Source: Octopus vulgaris (Eukaryota). Taken from it: DNA of 64,000 bases. Below are positions 24,811-38,111 of this stretch, in pieces. The first letter of the stretch is position 1. Each line of letters begins with the position of its first letter. Where the stretch lies: the NCBI GenBank assembly GCA_951406725.2, contig OX597832.1:37014001-37078000 (forward strand). Direction: 5' to 3'. A program made the translations under genes and the position numbers. The notes beneath the pieces were generated by a model. The model had not been told where the DNA came from and made no database searches. It worked only from the letters and a program-made list of their open reading frames with translations.

Positions 24811-25551
24811 GCTTGTATCCATACATAAATTGTTAAATCCTCACTGGTAACAAAACTAGGAAGTAGGGATTGACTTTAAAATGTTTGCTTGGTCATTTGT
24901 TATCTGGAATTTGAGAGACAGAGATACGAGTCCCTGTTTTGCTTGAAATGCCAACAGTGCTCTGCCGTGACTTAGGCCCCAGGACTGCTTAACGAGTGCA
25001 AAAAGGGGGCTATTCTTATGAGCATTTAAGATGATTGGTTAATTTTTAGGTTGTTTCCATGAAAAGAATGTGATTCATTCATGACAGTGGACTTGTAATT
25101 TTGCATTTGGGGTTCAAATCTCTCTGCTTCCAATAGAACAGATTCCACTAAAAGGTTGAGGACTTGGTGGTGGGCTTAAAACTGGGGACAGATTAAATCT
25201 ACCATCCAAGAATAGGAACAGTCCCATTGACAAGCTTCCATGCAGTTTCCATTTACCAAATTTCTCTTACAAGGCTTTAGTTGACCCAACATTTGTCTGA
25301 GATGCCCAACAATGGGATTGAACCTAAAACCACATAGCAGTGAAGAAAAATTCTCAGCCACATGGCCATGCTTGCACCTCTGGTCAACTCAAGGTAATGG
25401 CAAAAGACACCTGTCCAATATATTTCATAGCGGGATTGAAATTGAAACAACATGATTCTAAAATAAATGTTCTCAACCATAAAGTTGTTCTTGTACCTCT
25501 TTGGTTGACCTAAAATTATGGTAGAAAACATTTGGTAAAAGAAGTGTACCA

Positions 25552-25948
25552 TGAGTGGCTGTGTGGTAAGTAGCTTGTTTACCAACCACATGGTTCCGGG
25601 TTCAGTCCCACTGCGTGGCACCTTGGGCAAGTGTCTTCTACTATAGCCTCGGGCCGACCAAAGCCTTGTGAGTGGATTTGGTAGACGGAAACTGAAAGAA
25701 GCCCGTCATATATATGTATATATATATATATATGTGTGTGTGTCTGTGTTTGTCTCTCTAGCATCGCTTGACATAAACCGATGCTGGTGTGTTTATGTCC
25801 CCGTTACTTAGCGGTTCGGCAAAAGAGACCGATAGAATAAGTACTGGGCTTACATAAGAATAAGTCCCGGGGTCGAGTTGCTCGATTAAAGGCGGTGCTC
25901 CAGCATGGCCGCAGTCAAATGACTGAAACAAGTAAAGGAGTAAAGAGT
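25552..25948 (+). mobile_element. SINE family B, young copy
   Basis: GAGTGGCTGTGTGGTAAGTAGCTTG...GGTTCAGTCCC; internal TA/TG microsatellite; ends GACTGAAACAAGTAAAGGAGTAAAGAG; closely similar to 27180 and 58935. Confidence 0.92.
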
Positions 25949-26039
25949 ATGGTATTGAACCTGAAACCATGCAATTTTGGAGAGAGCTCTACATGTGTGT
26001 GTGACAAGACCCAACTAAGGCCAAAATCATGTGAACTGG

Positions 26040-26320
26040 TTGTCTTGGTGCTGGAGATGGTAGGCTTTTATCTCCCTGCTAGCAATATAAACAAGAGTGC
26101 ATTTTGCACCAAAAGCCAATATGAGAGTTTCTCTTGTGGTTTCTACTGCAGTATAGTTTGTTCTAACAGAACATCCACATTTAAGTGTTGGATGAACATT
26201 ACTTCTCAGTATCAATACTGCCTCTGTCGCTAGTATATATTTATTCCCAATTGTGTCTTTTGTCTATTAAGACCAATATGTTGTGATTTCAGAGCAGGTT
26301 GCACGACCACGTAGAAGCTC
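26040..26320 (-). mobile_element. Possible decayed Helitron Pif1-helicase fragment
   Basis: VLILRSNVHPTLKCGCSVRTNY...GAKCTLVYIASR loosely resembles the Helitron motif MLLRNL.P...LCNGTR...G..VFIPRI. Confidence 0.3.
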
Positions 26321-26695
26321 CACTGTACATTCACAAGAAGCATTCTGTACAAGATATGTAACCCAACTTACACAGCACATATTCAATGCCATCACCATAC
26401 TTTATACATTCACTACATCTTGTATTATAACACAGCCTACACAACACGTATTCTAAACAATCACCTCCATTAACACTACAATGCAACCCACGCGACGCAC
26501 ACACAATCTATAGAACCTATTTATCAGCAATATTCTCCAGCACGTTTTTATCTACTCTGATAACCAAGTAGATAGGAAAGATACATCAATCTATTCATAT
26601 CTGCTTTTTGATAATATCTCGTAAAAACTTGCATGTACAGGATAAAATCTTAGATTATCTGAATTTGGTCAGCTAACAGACACACACACACATGC

Positions 26696-26887
<192 letters not shown>

Positions 26888-27179
26888 GTATCATATATAT
26901 TCTTTCTGCTGTAAGCATAAAACATGAAATCTTGGAGGAGGGAGTCTAGTTGATTACATCAACCCCAGTACAAAACTGGTACTTTTATTATGTACATATA
27001 TTTATATATACATATGGAGATAGTGATGGAAATAAACACACTTAGGCTTGATATATAAAATATACATACATGCAAATACACATGTAAATATCAATAGGGA
27101 TATATATACAGAGAGAGAGAAAAAAACTGAAAATGTTCAGATGTATAAGCATATAGATGTAGATATTTATATATTTACG

Positions 27180-27563
27180 GGCGTAGGAGTGGCTGTGTGG
27201 TAAGTAGCTTGCTTACAAACCACATGGTTCTGGGTTCAGTCCCACTGCGTGGCAACTTGGACAAGTGCCTTCTACTATAGCCTCGGTCCGACCAAAGCCT
27301 TGTGAGTGGATTTGGTAGATGGAAACTGAAAGAAGCCTGTCATATATATGTATATATATATGTGTGTGTGTCTGTTTGTCTCCCCAACATCGCTTGACAA
27401 CCAATGCTGATGCATTTACGCCCCAGTAACTTAGCGGTTCAGCAAAAGAGACCGATAGAATAAGTTCTAGGCTTACAAAGAATAAGTCCTGGGGTTGATT
27501 GGCTCGACTAAATGCGGTGCTCCAGCATGGCCACAGTCACATGACTGAAACAAGTAAAAGAGT
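27180..27563 (+). mobile_element. SINE family B, full length
   Basis: GGCGTAGGAGTGGCTGTGTGGTAAG start to GAAACAAGTAAAAGAG. Confidence 0.92.
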
Positions 27564-28079
27564 TACAGTACAGATTTACGTAGAATTAAAAAAATACAGA
27601 AAACTAAGGGGAGCAGGCATGGTATTTTAAGCCCGACAGCCGTTTCTGTGGGCTCAGAATTATGTAATGTTGGCAGAGTGTGCAGCCAGTAGTGGATGCA
27701 TATAAACATTACTGTGAAGCCAACTTTTACAAATAATTATTTACCCTGGGTATTTTGACTTTGTCCTTCTTTATAAGTTATTTTTGATTTAAGGTTTTCT
27801 TCGATTTTATACCGAATTTTGTTCATTGTATGCAACCGGTCATTGCAATGACCGTTAGCTGAAAGGACCAATGAAACAAAACCATTTTCAATTGGGTTTC
27901 CATTAAACTAATTGTATTACTATTCTACAGATTGCTACAAGACAGGATGGCTCACACAACATCAAAATCGATAGCTTAGTCTCTGAAATCTGAGACACTA
28001 GTAGAAATAAAATAATAATAATAATAATAATCCTTTCTTTTAACGATTCTGCCAACTTGCCACGTTAACAATATTAACA

Positions 28080-28294
28080 ATCCTTTTTTGCTATAAGCAC
28101 AAAGCCAGAAATCTTGGAAGACGGGGAAAGTTGATCACAGTGACCCCAGTACTTGACTGGTACTCAATTTATTGACCCAGAAAATATGAATGGCCAAGCC
28201 AACCTTGGTGGAATTTGAACTGAGAACACAAGGATGGACGAAATGCTGCCAAGCATTTTGTCCAGCCTGCTAACGAGTCTGCCAGCTCGTTGCC
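28080..28294 (-). mobile_element. SINE family A, decayed
   Basis: GGAATTTGAACTGAGAAC...TCTGCCAGCTCGTTGCC. Confidence 0.8.
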
Positions 28295-29825
28295 TTAACA
28301 ATAATAATAATCATAATAAACACAAGAGACCAAACATCATGCTATTTAATAAATAATTCAGAGGCGCCATCTGCATGAAATATAAGTTAACTCTTAATTG
28401 CATTAAAAATGCATGAGATGTTCACAAATGGAACCAAGTTGACGACGGTTAATCAACAACAACCAGCACCATTGCCACCATCGCTGCTGCTGCCACCACC
28501 ACCACCACGAAGGCCATCAATGAAGGCTTTATGTAGTCCCTTAATATGCAAGAAATAACAACTAAGTTCCCATTTAAACATAATTTACTGTTTAAAGAAA
28601 AGAAAGTCCACATTGGATAATGCTGTCCGAGCTATGCAGTTACAGGAAAAAATGTGATGGTCACGGCTGGAATGTCTATCTTTTCTGTTTCCTTCTACAA
28701 AATCTACTTGCAAGTCTTTGGTCGGCTCGAGGCTATAGTAAAAGACATTTACCCAGTGTATCCCACAGTGGAACTGAACCCGGAAACATGAGGCTGGGAC
28801 GCAAGCTTCTTACCACACAACCACAACAGCGCCTAGCCCCCCCACCCCACCACACGTGTTGTGCTGTAAGGACGCATGAGAAGGGCGTTCCCTTACTTTT
28901 TCAAATATATCAAAACTTAATACTCTCCCATGAAACTTTTGATTTCAAGACGTAAATAAAAAATGAGAAAAGTCACAAAGACTGTTTCAAGTCTTTTTTT
29001 AGCTTGGTTGGTCCATTGAGAATCTGCTTTCTTATAAAGTAGAAAGCATAATGTCTTGGCTGCATTATATAGCTTTACTTTTAAGGTTTCCTCTTTTCAA
29101 TTTCAATTCAGAAAGTAATCTTTCGGTATTGGTCTCTTTCACTTTCTCAATGTTTTTTTGTTCCCAGATATAACCAGATTCATAAATGTAAGTGTATCGT
29201 TATGTATGTGAAACAATCACCTCTTTCTCTCTCTCTCTCTCTCATGAACACACACACACGGACACAGACACACTTGGACACTCTCTTACACAAAACCACC
29301 CAAGCATAAACGTTTTCAGTTTCAAAGTGCCGCTGCATGTTTAATGATATCAAAAGCGACATGTTTCAACAAGTGACAGGTGGGATGCACTGACTGAATA
29401 CGTATATTTATGTTTGTGTGTGTGCGTGTTTGTATATGTATACGTATGTACCTGCTGTCCATGTCAATCCAGAATCTGCCTCATCACTCGGGTTCGATCT
29501 TGACAACTTGCTTGGCTTCTATGATTTCCCTATAAACTGCGATCAGAACAAATGCGTAGCTAGTAATAAGGACAGCACGCTGAATCTGGCTCTGTTGTAC
29601 ATATGTCTTGTTTTCTTAAGGTTTCAATTAAAATCTTCCACCAAACCTTAGTCACAATTTATGTTCCTAACACTAGCTGAATGATAACTAAGTTATTTTA
29701 CTAAATTCTTTGTTATATTTAAAGTAATTGAAAGAAACACAGAACATCTCAAAATAAATACAGTAATGAAAGGGTTAACAACACTTTTATGAGGATGGGG
29801 CTGGCATATTAGGTTTGCTATATAA

Positions 29826-30055
29826 GCGGCGAGCTGGCAGAAACGTTAGCCCGCCGGACGAAATGCTTAGCAGTATTTCGTCTGCCGTTACGTTCTGAGT
29901 TCAAATTCCGCTGAGGTCGACTTTGCCTTTCATCCTTTCGGGGTCGATAAATTAAGTACCAGTTACGCACTGGAGGTCAATATAATCGACTTAATCCATT
30001 TGTCTGTCCTTGTTCGTCCCCTCTGTGTTTAGCCGCTTGTGGGTAATAAAGAAAT
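29826..30055 (+). mobile_element. SINE family A, young copy (tail repeated at 30135-30195)
   Basis: GCGGCGAGCTGGCAGAAACGTTAGC...GGGTAATAAAGAAATA. Confidence 0.92.
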
Positions 30056-30700
30056 ATATATAAGCCAGTATAGGTTTGGAGGGAGGGGTCCAGTGGAGGG
30101 GTGGAGGAGTATAACGGCAAACATAAGGGCTGCTCCTTATGTTTGCCTGTCCTTGTTTGTCCCCTCTGTGTGTAACCCCTTGTGGACAGTAAAGCAATAA
30201 GGGCTGGCCCAGGTGACACCAACATCCTGTTTATCGAGAGCAGAAGGCAGAAACAGCAATTCGGTTTATTGATATTGATTTTAAGGAGACAACAATTATT
30301 TTAAACCGAAATGATGAAAGAGTCTTTTCTTGGAATTTATGCAATTAAAATGAAAGGATGCTGGAAACACGATGAAAGTAATTTTGGATCAACTTGTAAA
30401 GGCTAAATGCTATTATAAAACTGCCGATTACAATGCAATGGACACGCCTGATTAGGAAAATGGTGTTCAACACAGGATTAATGAAAGAATTGCCAAGTTT
30501 ATTTTTGTAAACTGCTGAAATCATTCTCTTAGTTTAGAAGCAATGAGTGCTGCTAACCATAAATGCATTGATAACAGACTTTTTTTCCCTTTTTTTTTTT
30601 TCGGTGATATTTGTTCATTTTATTCGTTTTTCTACTGAATGCTCTCTGCTGGCAAAAGTTAAATGATGCTGTGCAAAGAACTGGTAAATCTGACCGTTAA

Positions 30701-30862
30701 CCCCTTACCCGGCAGAAACGAATATATGTGTTTTGACCTAAATCGTTTTTTTCTATCTCTGGCGAGTTAACTCGTCAAAAGATAGACTCGCCAAAATCGA
30801 CAATTAAAAAATAAAACAATTAAAAAATACATTTATTTTCAAAATAATTGTTGGGTAAGGGG
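30701..30862. mobile_element. piggyBac-like MITE
   Basis: TTAA|CCCCTTACCC...GGGTAAGGGG|TTAA: 10-bp perfect TIR with a TTAA duplication. Confidence 0.85.
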
Positions 30863-30876
30863 TTAAACCAGTTCAG

Positions 30877-31732
30877 GAATATTTGGCTAATGTTTACATC
30901 TTGACCCGGAAATGAACATTTAAAAGATGTACTGGAATGGGTGTAAAAACAACATGTAGGAAACGAATATGAAAAAAAAAAAATGCGCACAAAGTAGCTG
31001 GAGGGTGGGGAGAGGTCTTCGGAAAATTCACAAGATCCGAACTTTTCCCTCGTAACTTTTAGGAAAATGGGGTTTTTTTTCAATGAAATTTAATAATAAT
31101 AACTTTCAACCAGCATACATTTCAATTATAAAGAAATTTGTGGGGAAAATCTTTTCCAAGAGGGTGGGGAGAGGACATCGGAAAATTCACAAAATCTGAG
31201 TTTTTCCCTCATAACATTTAGGAAAATGGGGGGTTTTTTTCAATGAAATTTTATATACTTTTTGAAACGGCATACATTATGACTATAAAGTAATTTGTGG
31301 GGAAAATCTTGAGATTTTTGAGATTGTGGGGAAAATTCCAAAGATTCGAATTTTTCCTCGTTATATTCCGAAATCACATTTATCTTTCTACAGATACCCT
31401 AGCCTAGTACTACTACAACTACTACAACACTACGTAGTGTTTATTTCTACCCACTTTCAATAATTTTTAGTGTTTTGCCTTCAATTTTGTTTCATTTTCA
31501 ATTATTTTACGCTTTTTTAACCTTTCATCGTTATTCTCATTCACTCGTTATTACTTTCTCTCTCTCTCTCTTAAATATACCTCTCCTATATTATGATCAT
31601 TAGAGAGAGAGAGATACACATATATATATACATATATATAATATATATACACACATACATATATACACACATATATATATACACAAACACACATACATAT
31701 ATACACACATATATATATACACAAACACACAT

Positions 31733-31772
<40 letters not shown>

Positions 31773-31833
31773 TTATATATATATATACACACACACACAC
31801 ACATTATATATATATATACACACACACACACAC

Positions 31834-31916
<83 letters not shown>

Positions 31917-32543
31917 TTATATATATATACAGTTATGAGGGAAAAACTTGGATCTTGTGAATTTTCAGAAGTCCTCTCCCCACCCCATTGGAAAAAAGAT
32001 TTCCCCCCACAAATTTCGTTATAACCGAAATTTATGCCGATTATCGACCCCCCCCCCGTTTTCCAAAAGTTATGAGAGAAAAATTCAGATTTTGTGAATT
32101 TTCCGATGTCCTCTCCCCCACAAGTTTCTTTATAACCGTAATGTATGCCGATTCAAAGGTATTTATATAAAATTTCATCGAAAAAAAAAACCCATTTTCC
32201 AAAAGTTATGAGGGAAAAACTCAGATTTTGTGAATTTTCCGATGTCCTCTCCCCCACCCTCTTGGAAAAGATTTTCCCCATAAATTTCTTTATAATCGTA
32301 ATTTATGCCGTTTGAAAGGTATTTCTATAAAATTTCATTGAAATTTTCCTAAAAGTCACGAGGGAAAAGCTTGGATCTTGTGAATTTTCCGAAGTCCTCT
32401 CCTCACCCTCCACCCGTTGCTTTCCTTTCTTTTCTTTTTTTCTTTCAAATTCGCTTCCCACACATTATTTTACACCCATTCCAGTATTTTTTTTTTTTGA
32501 TTTTCATTTCCTGGTGAAGATGTAAACATTAACCGAAAATTTC
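30877..32543. mobile_element. Foldback-type element: long inverted arms built of 135-160 bp subrepeats around a microsatellite core
   Basis: Left arm TAATGTTTACATCTT...TACTGGAATGGGTGTAAAA...(GAGGGTGGGGAGAGG..TCGGAAAATTCACAA)x2 mirrored by right arm (TTGTGAATTTTCCGA..TCCTCTCCCCACCCTC)x4...TTTTACACCCATTCCAGTA...AAGATGTAAACATTA. Confidence 0.88.
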
Positions 32544-32912
32544 GATACGATACTGAAGCTTTTGCAAAGCATCTTAATTTCAGGAGTTAAAAGTCAGGCA
32601 GGTTCTGAATGGAATTTTAACTTCTAATTTCTTGGATTCGTTTTGGATGTTGGAATAAAACTCTTGTCGCCATAGATCGCGAAGGAAAGCGACTCAAATG
32701 TTTCGTAATGCTCCTCGTAACCTAAAGATCCTTTCAATTTACTTTGTTTTGTTTTTTGTTTTTCCTTTGGCTGTTCAGGATCACTGTCTCCTGTGTACTT
32801 CAAGCTGGGCTGAAACTACGATGAATGGAATACCCACCGTCCCCTGTGGGAACCACTGCTATACACAAATGGCTTAGGCTTCATTGCTCAGAAGTTGACA
32901 CACAAACAAGAA

Positions 32913-33158
32913 TATATTTCTTTACTACCCACAAGGGGCTAAACACCGAGGGGACAAACAAGGACAGACAAACGGATTAAGTCGATTACATCGACCCAGT
33001 GCGAAACTGGTACTTTATTTATCGACCCCGAGAGGATGAGTTCAAATTCCGCCGAGGCAAAGTCGACCTCGGCAGAATTTGAACTCAGAACGTAACGACT
33101 GACGAAATATCTCTAAGCATTTCGCCCGGTGCACTAACGTTTCTGCCAGCTCGCCGCC
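32913..33158 (-). mobile_element. SINE family A with small internal inverted duplication
   Basis: Full reverse copy; GAGTTCAAATTCCGCCGAGG inserted in the opposite orientation at about 33038-33057. Confidence 0.9.
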
Positions 33159-34398
33159 ATAGCAGAGACCAAAGATCTCGTAGGAACACCACTCTTCCTG
33201 TTTGTCTATTATTTTGGTGTTCATCCACTAAAACCTCTTTGTAGACGAAGCTTCATATTTTCTAAAACGTAAGTTCAAATAAAATATTTTCAAATTGTAT
33301 CTAATAAAAAAATGTATTGCTTATAGAGTATGAAATCACGATTTCACACTATGGAATGGGGTCTCGGATGAAAACTAAGGATCACGAATAAAATGATGGC
33401 CCGTGTAAACAGTATAATATATATATTAAGGAGGTTCAGCTCATCTATCAGGAAGCCCCGACACTACGGGACCAATTCTAATCAAACAGGAACAGAATTA
33501 TAAGACCCAACGAATGTTGGTAAGATATTGCCAGACTACCAACTCGTTCCATCTCTCCACTAAAATCAATTGGAAAACAAAGAAAAAAAAGTTTCTGGGA
33601 ATATTGCAGCATCCTGCAACAATATGGTGCTGTAATATATTGGTCAGAATTGTAAACCCCCCCCCCAGAAGACAGAGACAGGTGAGAGGAGAACAACAAA
33701 CAAGGTGTGTTAGTTTGACGCTTAGGAAAACTGAAACCTGTCCGCCCACATACAGATACACAAATAATCGTACATTCGCCAAAATGTCCACAAGTGTTGA
33801 AAGCTAAGTCAGTTTTTTAATGCATAAACTGTCTGTCTTAAAGCTAACCGTGAGTATTGCAATAAAACACAACCCAGGATAGGAAGTGAAAAGGAAAAAA
33901 AAATGCTTGAAGAGGAATGACACCTAATATGCGAAACAGACGTCCGAATCGCCATTACCACGAAGAATGATTTCTCAAGAAGAATCTCAGCAAAATGCCA
34001 AAATGTAAAAATGGTCAAGACAAATGAAAATATAGGAAATAAAAAAAAACCTTATCTACGTACCAGATACCCGCAAGGTCGTCCGCGAAGTCTGTCGCTT
34101 ACAAAACTCAATTTCCAAAACTAGACACAGAAAGCTCAACCGAAATCGAAGAAATTCTCTTTGGGTGTATTCTTCAAATGTCTTCATTTTGGCGCGCTGA
34201 GACCGGAAATTGCTCTGCAGTTAATAAATTTCAGCAACCAATTTACTGGTTAGAGATAATTTTTATTTATTTAAAATTAAATAATAAGGATAGAGATTGA
34301 TATTAATCAATTAAAACCAGTGGCTTAGCATATTTTAAAAAAATCCGAAGATTAAAAATTGTGTTACATACAAAATTTTATATATATATATGTGTGTG

Positions 34399-35008
34399 TT
34401 CTCTATCGCACTTCTTATATGGCAGGATGGTATTTGACTCTTTCCACTGCGAGGGAATTCTTCCCTCGTCTAGATTGTGCGTAAATCGCTCAGCGAGGAT
34501 TTTCCAGAGATGCTCTCTGCCTGACTTTAGTACCTCCGATGTTATACCGTCGTTCCCTGGCGCCTTTCCGTTTTTCATCAAGCCGATGGCTCTTTCAGCC
34601 TCACTGACAAGGATAGGTGGCACATTTTCTTCCTGTTGGAGTGATGGTAATGGCTGGACATTTCTGGTACCTAAAGAACTTGGTGTAGAAGTCTTCGCAA
34701 ACTTTTTCCATTTCGCTCTTATCGTTGACCTCATCAACAGTACAGTTCTACCTGCAATGTTATATGGTAGTGAAACATGGGCTACAACAAAGAGAGAAGA
34801 GCAGAGACTGGTAGCGGCTCAAAGAGCCATGGAAAGGTCAATGCTTGGTATCTCGTAGAGAGAGCACATCAGTAGCGAAATCATCAGAAAGAAGTCCGGC
34901 GCGAGGGATGTCATCGCAGAGTATACACGCAGCAAGTATAGATGGGCTGGACACGTCGCCCGGCTCACCGATAATCTGTGAACCCGCGCAGTTGTCGAGT
35001 GGCCCCTT

Positions 35009-35010
<2 letters not shown>
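34399..35010. mobile_element. Rearranged RTE LINE: inverted 5' segment (minus, 34399-34732) joined to a C-terminal segment (plus, 34728-35010)
   Basis: Minus: MEKVCEDFYTK..VPPILVSE..KNGKAPGNDGITSEVLK..IPSQWKES; plus: NSTVLPAMLYGSETW..QRAMERSMLGIS..KYRWAGHVAR. Confidence 0.92.
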
Positions 35011-35060
<50 letters not shown>

Positions 35061-35151
35061 GCTGTTCGGCAAAGAGACCCCGTTAGAATAAGTAAATACC
35101 AGGCTTACAAAATGTAAAACAAATATAGGGGTGAATTTGTTTTCGTAAACC

Positions 35152-35327
35152 AGTTGTTCTGAACTGTGGTCCACATGGCCCAAGAGGGTTCATATAAGAT
35201 TTTGCTGTTAAAATTTATTAGTTATAAAAATATAATAGAACTTTTAACATTGAATGGGTCTGGGAGTCCAAGAGAGTAAAATTGGAACCAAAGGGATTCA
35301 CAGATTTAAAATGATTGAGAAGCATTG
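35152..35327. mobile_element. Decayed hAT-type MITE nested in a SINE B remnant
   Basis: Ends CAGTTGTTCTGAAC / ATTGAGAAGCATTG; SINE B sequence resumes afterwards with GACTAAATCTTCAAGGTGATGCTCC. Confidence 0.6.
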
Positions 35328-35484
35328 GACTAAATCTTCAAGGTGATGCTCCATTATGGCCGTAGTCTCTGATACAAATCTTGCCCACTAACCAACAATG
35401 GAACCCTCAAAGTGGTCATTCAGCCACTTAGAAATAGCAGCCAAATCTCCTTCATAGAACACTCAACGGTATTATGCAAAGGCA

Positions 35485-35720
35485 AGGCGGCGAGCTGGCA
35501 GAATCGTTAGCACGCCGGATGAAATGCTTAGCGGTATTTCGCCCGTTGCTACATTCTGAGTTCAAATTCCACCGAGGTCGACTTTGCCTTTCATATTTTC
35601 GGGGTCGATTAAATAAGTACCAGTTACACACTGGGGTCGATGTAATCGACTTAATCGGTTTGTCTGTCCTTGTTTGTCCCCTTTCTGTGTTTGTCCCCTT
35701 TGTGGATAGTAAAGAAATAG
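35485..35720 (+). mobile_element. SINE family A
   Basis: GGCGGCGAGCTGGCAGAATCGTTAGCACGCCGG; complete body. Confidence 0.92.
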
Positions 35721-35912
35721 AAATAGGTATTATGAAAAGGCAGGCTACATTAGATAATGTAGTGTTGGACATACATTCTATGTATAAATAGAAGACGTGG
35801 TGGTCATGGCAAGAATTCTTTTCATTTCGGATTAGGACTGACAACAAGAACATCATGTATCTAACAATTTATTCATTGCCACATGCAATATTCATATACA
35901 TACATACATATC

Positions 35913-35955
<43 letters not shown>

Positions 35956-36090
35956 CCACTCACACACACTCACGCAAACCCGCGCGCACCCACCTCGGCT
36001 CACAGTGTCCAGTAAAGACGACATATGGCATCTCGTGCTGGTTACATGTCCTCCGTAGCAACCAACAATAGCGTCACGAAGCGACTGACC

Positions 36091-36104
36091 GTTGTCATGG
36101 TAAC
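36091..36104. promoter_or_regulatory. Candidate RFX X-box in a CpG-rich unique patch
   Basis: GTTGTC-AT-GGTAAC fits GTHNYY-AT-RRNAAC; an imperfect second site GTCCTCCGTAGCAAC lies at 36048-36062. Confidence 0.45.
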
Positions 36105-36178
36105 GCACAGTCGTCGCTCTTTTCACGTAACACCTTCTGTATGGACATGCATAGGAATTACACACACACACACGCACA

Positions 36179-36210
<32 letters not shown>

Positions 36211-36483
36211 GAGACACACACATATAATCCAACATATCGACATGCAAACATTTATAGTCAGTTATACACAAACACACACATATATACACCCAAGGCTTGT
36301 ATATTTATTAGCAATGACACGTCGCCGATGCCTTTTTTGGAGTCGTTCCGTGCCGACATTTCCTGATAAAAGCGGTTGTTAGTTCCAGCCTTACGGAGTC
36401 CATTAACTGCAGTTACAACATTTGTAGAGGTGGAAGCAGAGTGCAAAGACATCAAACATATCTGTCCGTTTGTCTGGAAAATG

Positions 36484-36484
36484 C

Positions 36485-36550
<66 letters not shown>

Positions 36551-36571
36551 ATATATATATATATATATATA

Positions 36572-36602
<31 letters not shown>

Positions 36603-36627
36603 GCCTGCCTGTCTGTCTGTCTATTTA

Positions 36628-36676
<49 letters not shown>

Positions 36677-36685
36677 GTCTATCTG

Positions 36686-36720
<35 letters not shown>

Positions 36721-36786
36721 GTCTGTCTATCTGTCTGTCTGTATGTCTGTCTGTCTATTTGTCTGCCTGTCTGTCTGCCTGTCTGC

Positions 36787-36829
<43 letters not shown>

Positions 36830-36913
36830 TCTACCTATCTTTTCCTGTCTGGCTTGCTCGTGCTCGTAATCATAACATACATACATACATACATACATAC
36901 ATACATACATACA
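36484..36913. repeat. Compound (TATC)/(TA)/(TGTC)/(TC)/(TACA) microsatellite
   Basis: Direct reading. Confidence 0.95.
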
Positions 36914-37043
36914 CACTAGCGTAGCTAAGGGGCGGTCCGCCTCGTGCGGCACTTTTAAAGGGGCACCTCTTTTGGGCCTGCTGTTGGCACTATGTGTCTT
37001 TTGTGGAGTCCGGAGGTGGCTCACACTCTAGCTACGTCTAGTG
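36914..37043. mobile_element. Short hAT-like MITE
   Basis: TIR CACTAGCGTAGCTA / TAGCTACGTCTAGTG; TACATACA on both sides, within a (TACA)n tract. Confidence 0.7.
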
Positions 37044-37394
37044 TACATACATACACACACACGCTCAATGGTTGCCATGGGTTTGCAGCCAGTGCATAGA
37101 TTTTGTTTACTATAATTTTATAGCTTATAAATGGAGGAATTAAACCTGTAATATTCATTTTTACGTAAAACACTCCACAAACAGATAAAAAGAAAAATGA
37201 CAATAAGTTGTATGCTAAAATATCTTTCTTGTATTCTTGTGTACTTTAATATTCCTTCCATTTATACGTAGAATCGAAGGCACCATACATTTGGAACCAG
37301 AATTAAAAACATTGTCTTTTCACAGAAACAAAGCTTCTTCCGTTGAACAAAATACATTTGCAGCTTAATATTCCGTGATAAACTATTTTCCTCA

Positions 37395-37560
37395 ATTAGT
37401 TTGTTGCACAGTTTTCATAAGGCGCTGGTAATTAGAAATGGGAATTTGTCTCCAAGATGCTTCAATAACACACAATAAACTGTGGAGATTTAAAGGTTTC
37501 CGAGATTTCATGTTAATATTAATATAGTTCCAGATGTTTTGGATTAGAAATGAGATCACG
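37395..37560 (-). mobile_element. Tc1 transposase C-terminal remnant
   Basis: LIQNIWNYININMKSRKPLNLHSLLCVIEASWRQIPISNYQRLMKTV parallels Tc1 NPIENLW...P.NL..L....EEW..IP......L..SM. Confidence 0.7.
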
Positions 37561-37834
37561 GTGTCTATTAGTGAATGGGCCACAGTATTTATTATTGAAT
37601 GAACTGCTTGACTGAATGTGTTTGGGGTCGTTATCGTGAATCGAGAGTTATTTCGTCGGTAAATTATTATCGAGGTGCAGTGTTGTATACAGGAACACAC
37701 ACACACACAAAATAGGTACAAGGACTCCCCAATGAAATCCCTTAATTTCTACCACGGTGACCGTCAAGCTTGGCATCTCACTGTCCACCGAACAACAGCT
37801 TCCATTGAAGACACCCGCAGGACCATCCTTGCAA

Positions 37835-37870
<36 letters not shown>

Positions 37871-38111
37871 GAGAGAGGAGGAAACGCAGGGTCACTCCAA
37901 CCAGGCCTGATCAATCCATCTTCCTATGTGGCCTCTGTGTTTATGCTTGTTTCTCTCGAATCGGACTCATCCGGCATCAGTAAGTCTTCAGCAGACGTGC
38001 ATGCCACACTCGGTAAATCTTCGGTCGCGAAGCCAAGCCATGACGAGTATAGTATTGCATAGTATAGTATAGTATAGTGTAGTATAGTATAGTACAAGTA
38101 TAGTATAGTAT

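Noticed and set aside
29358-29368. GACATGTTTC, resembling a hammerhead stem III on the minus strand
   Set aside because: No TCNTCAG core or stem II follows at a suitable distance.
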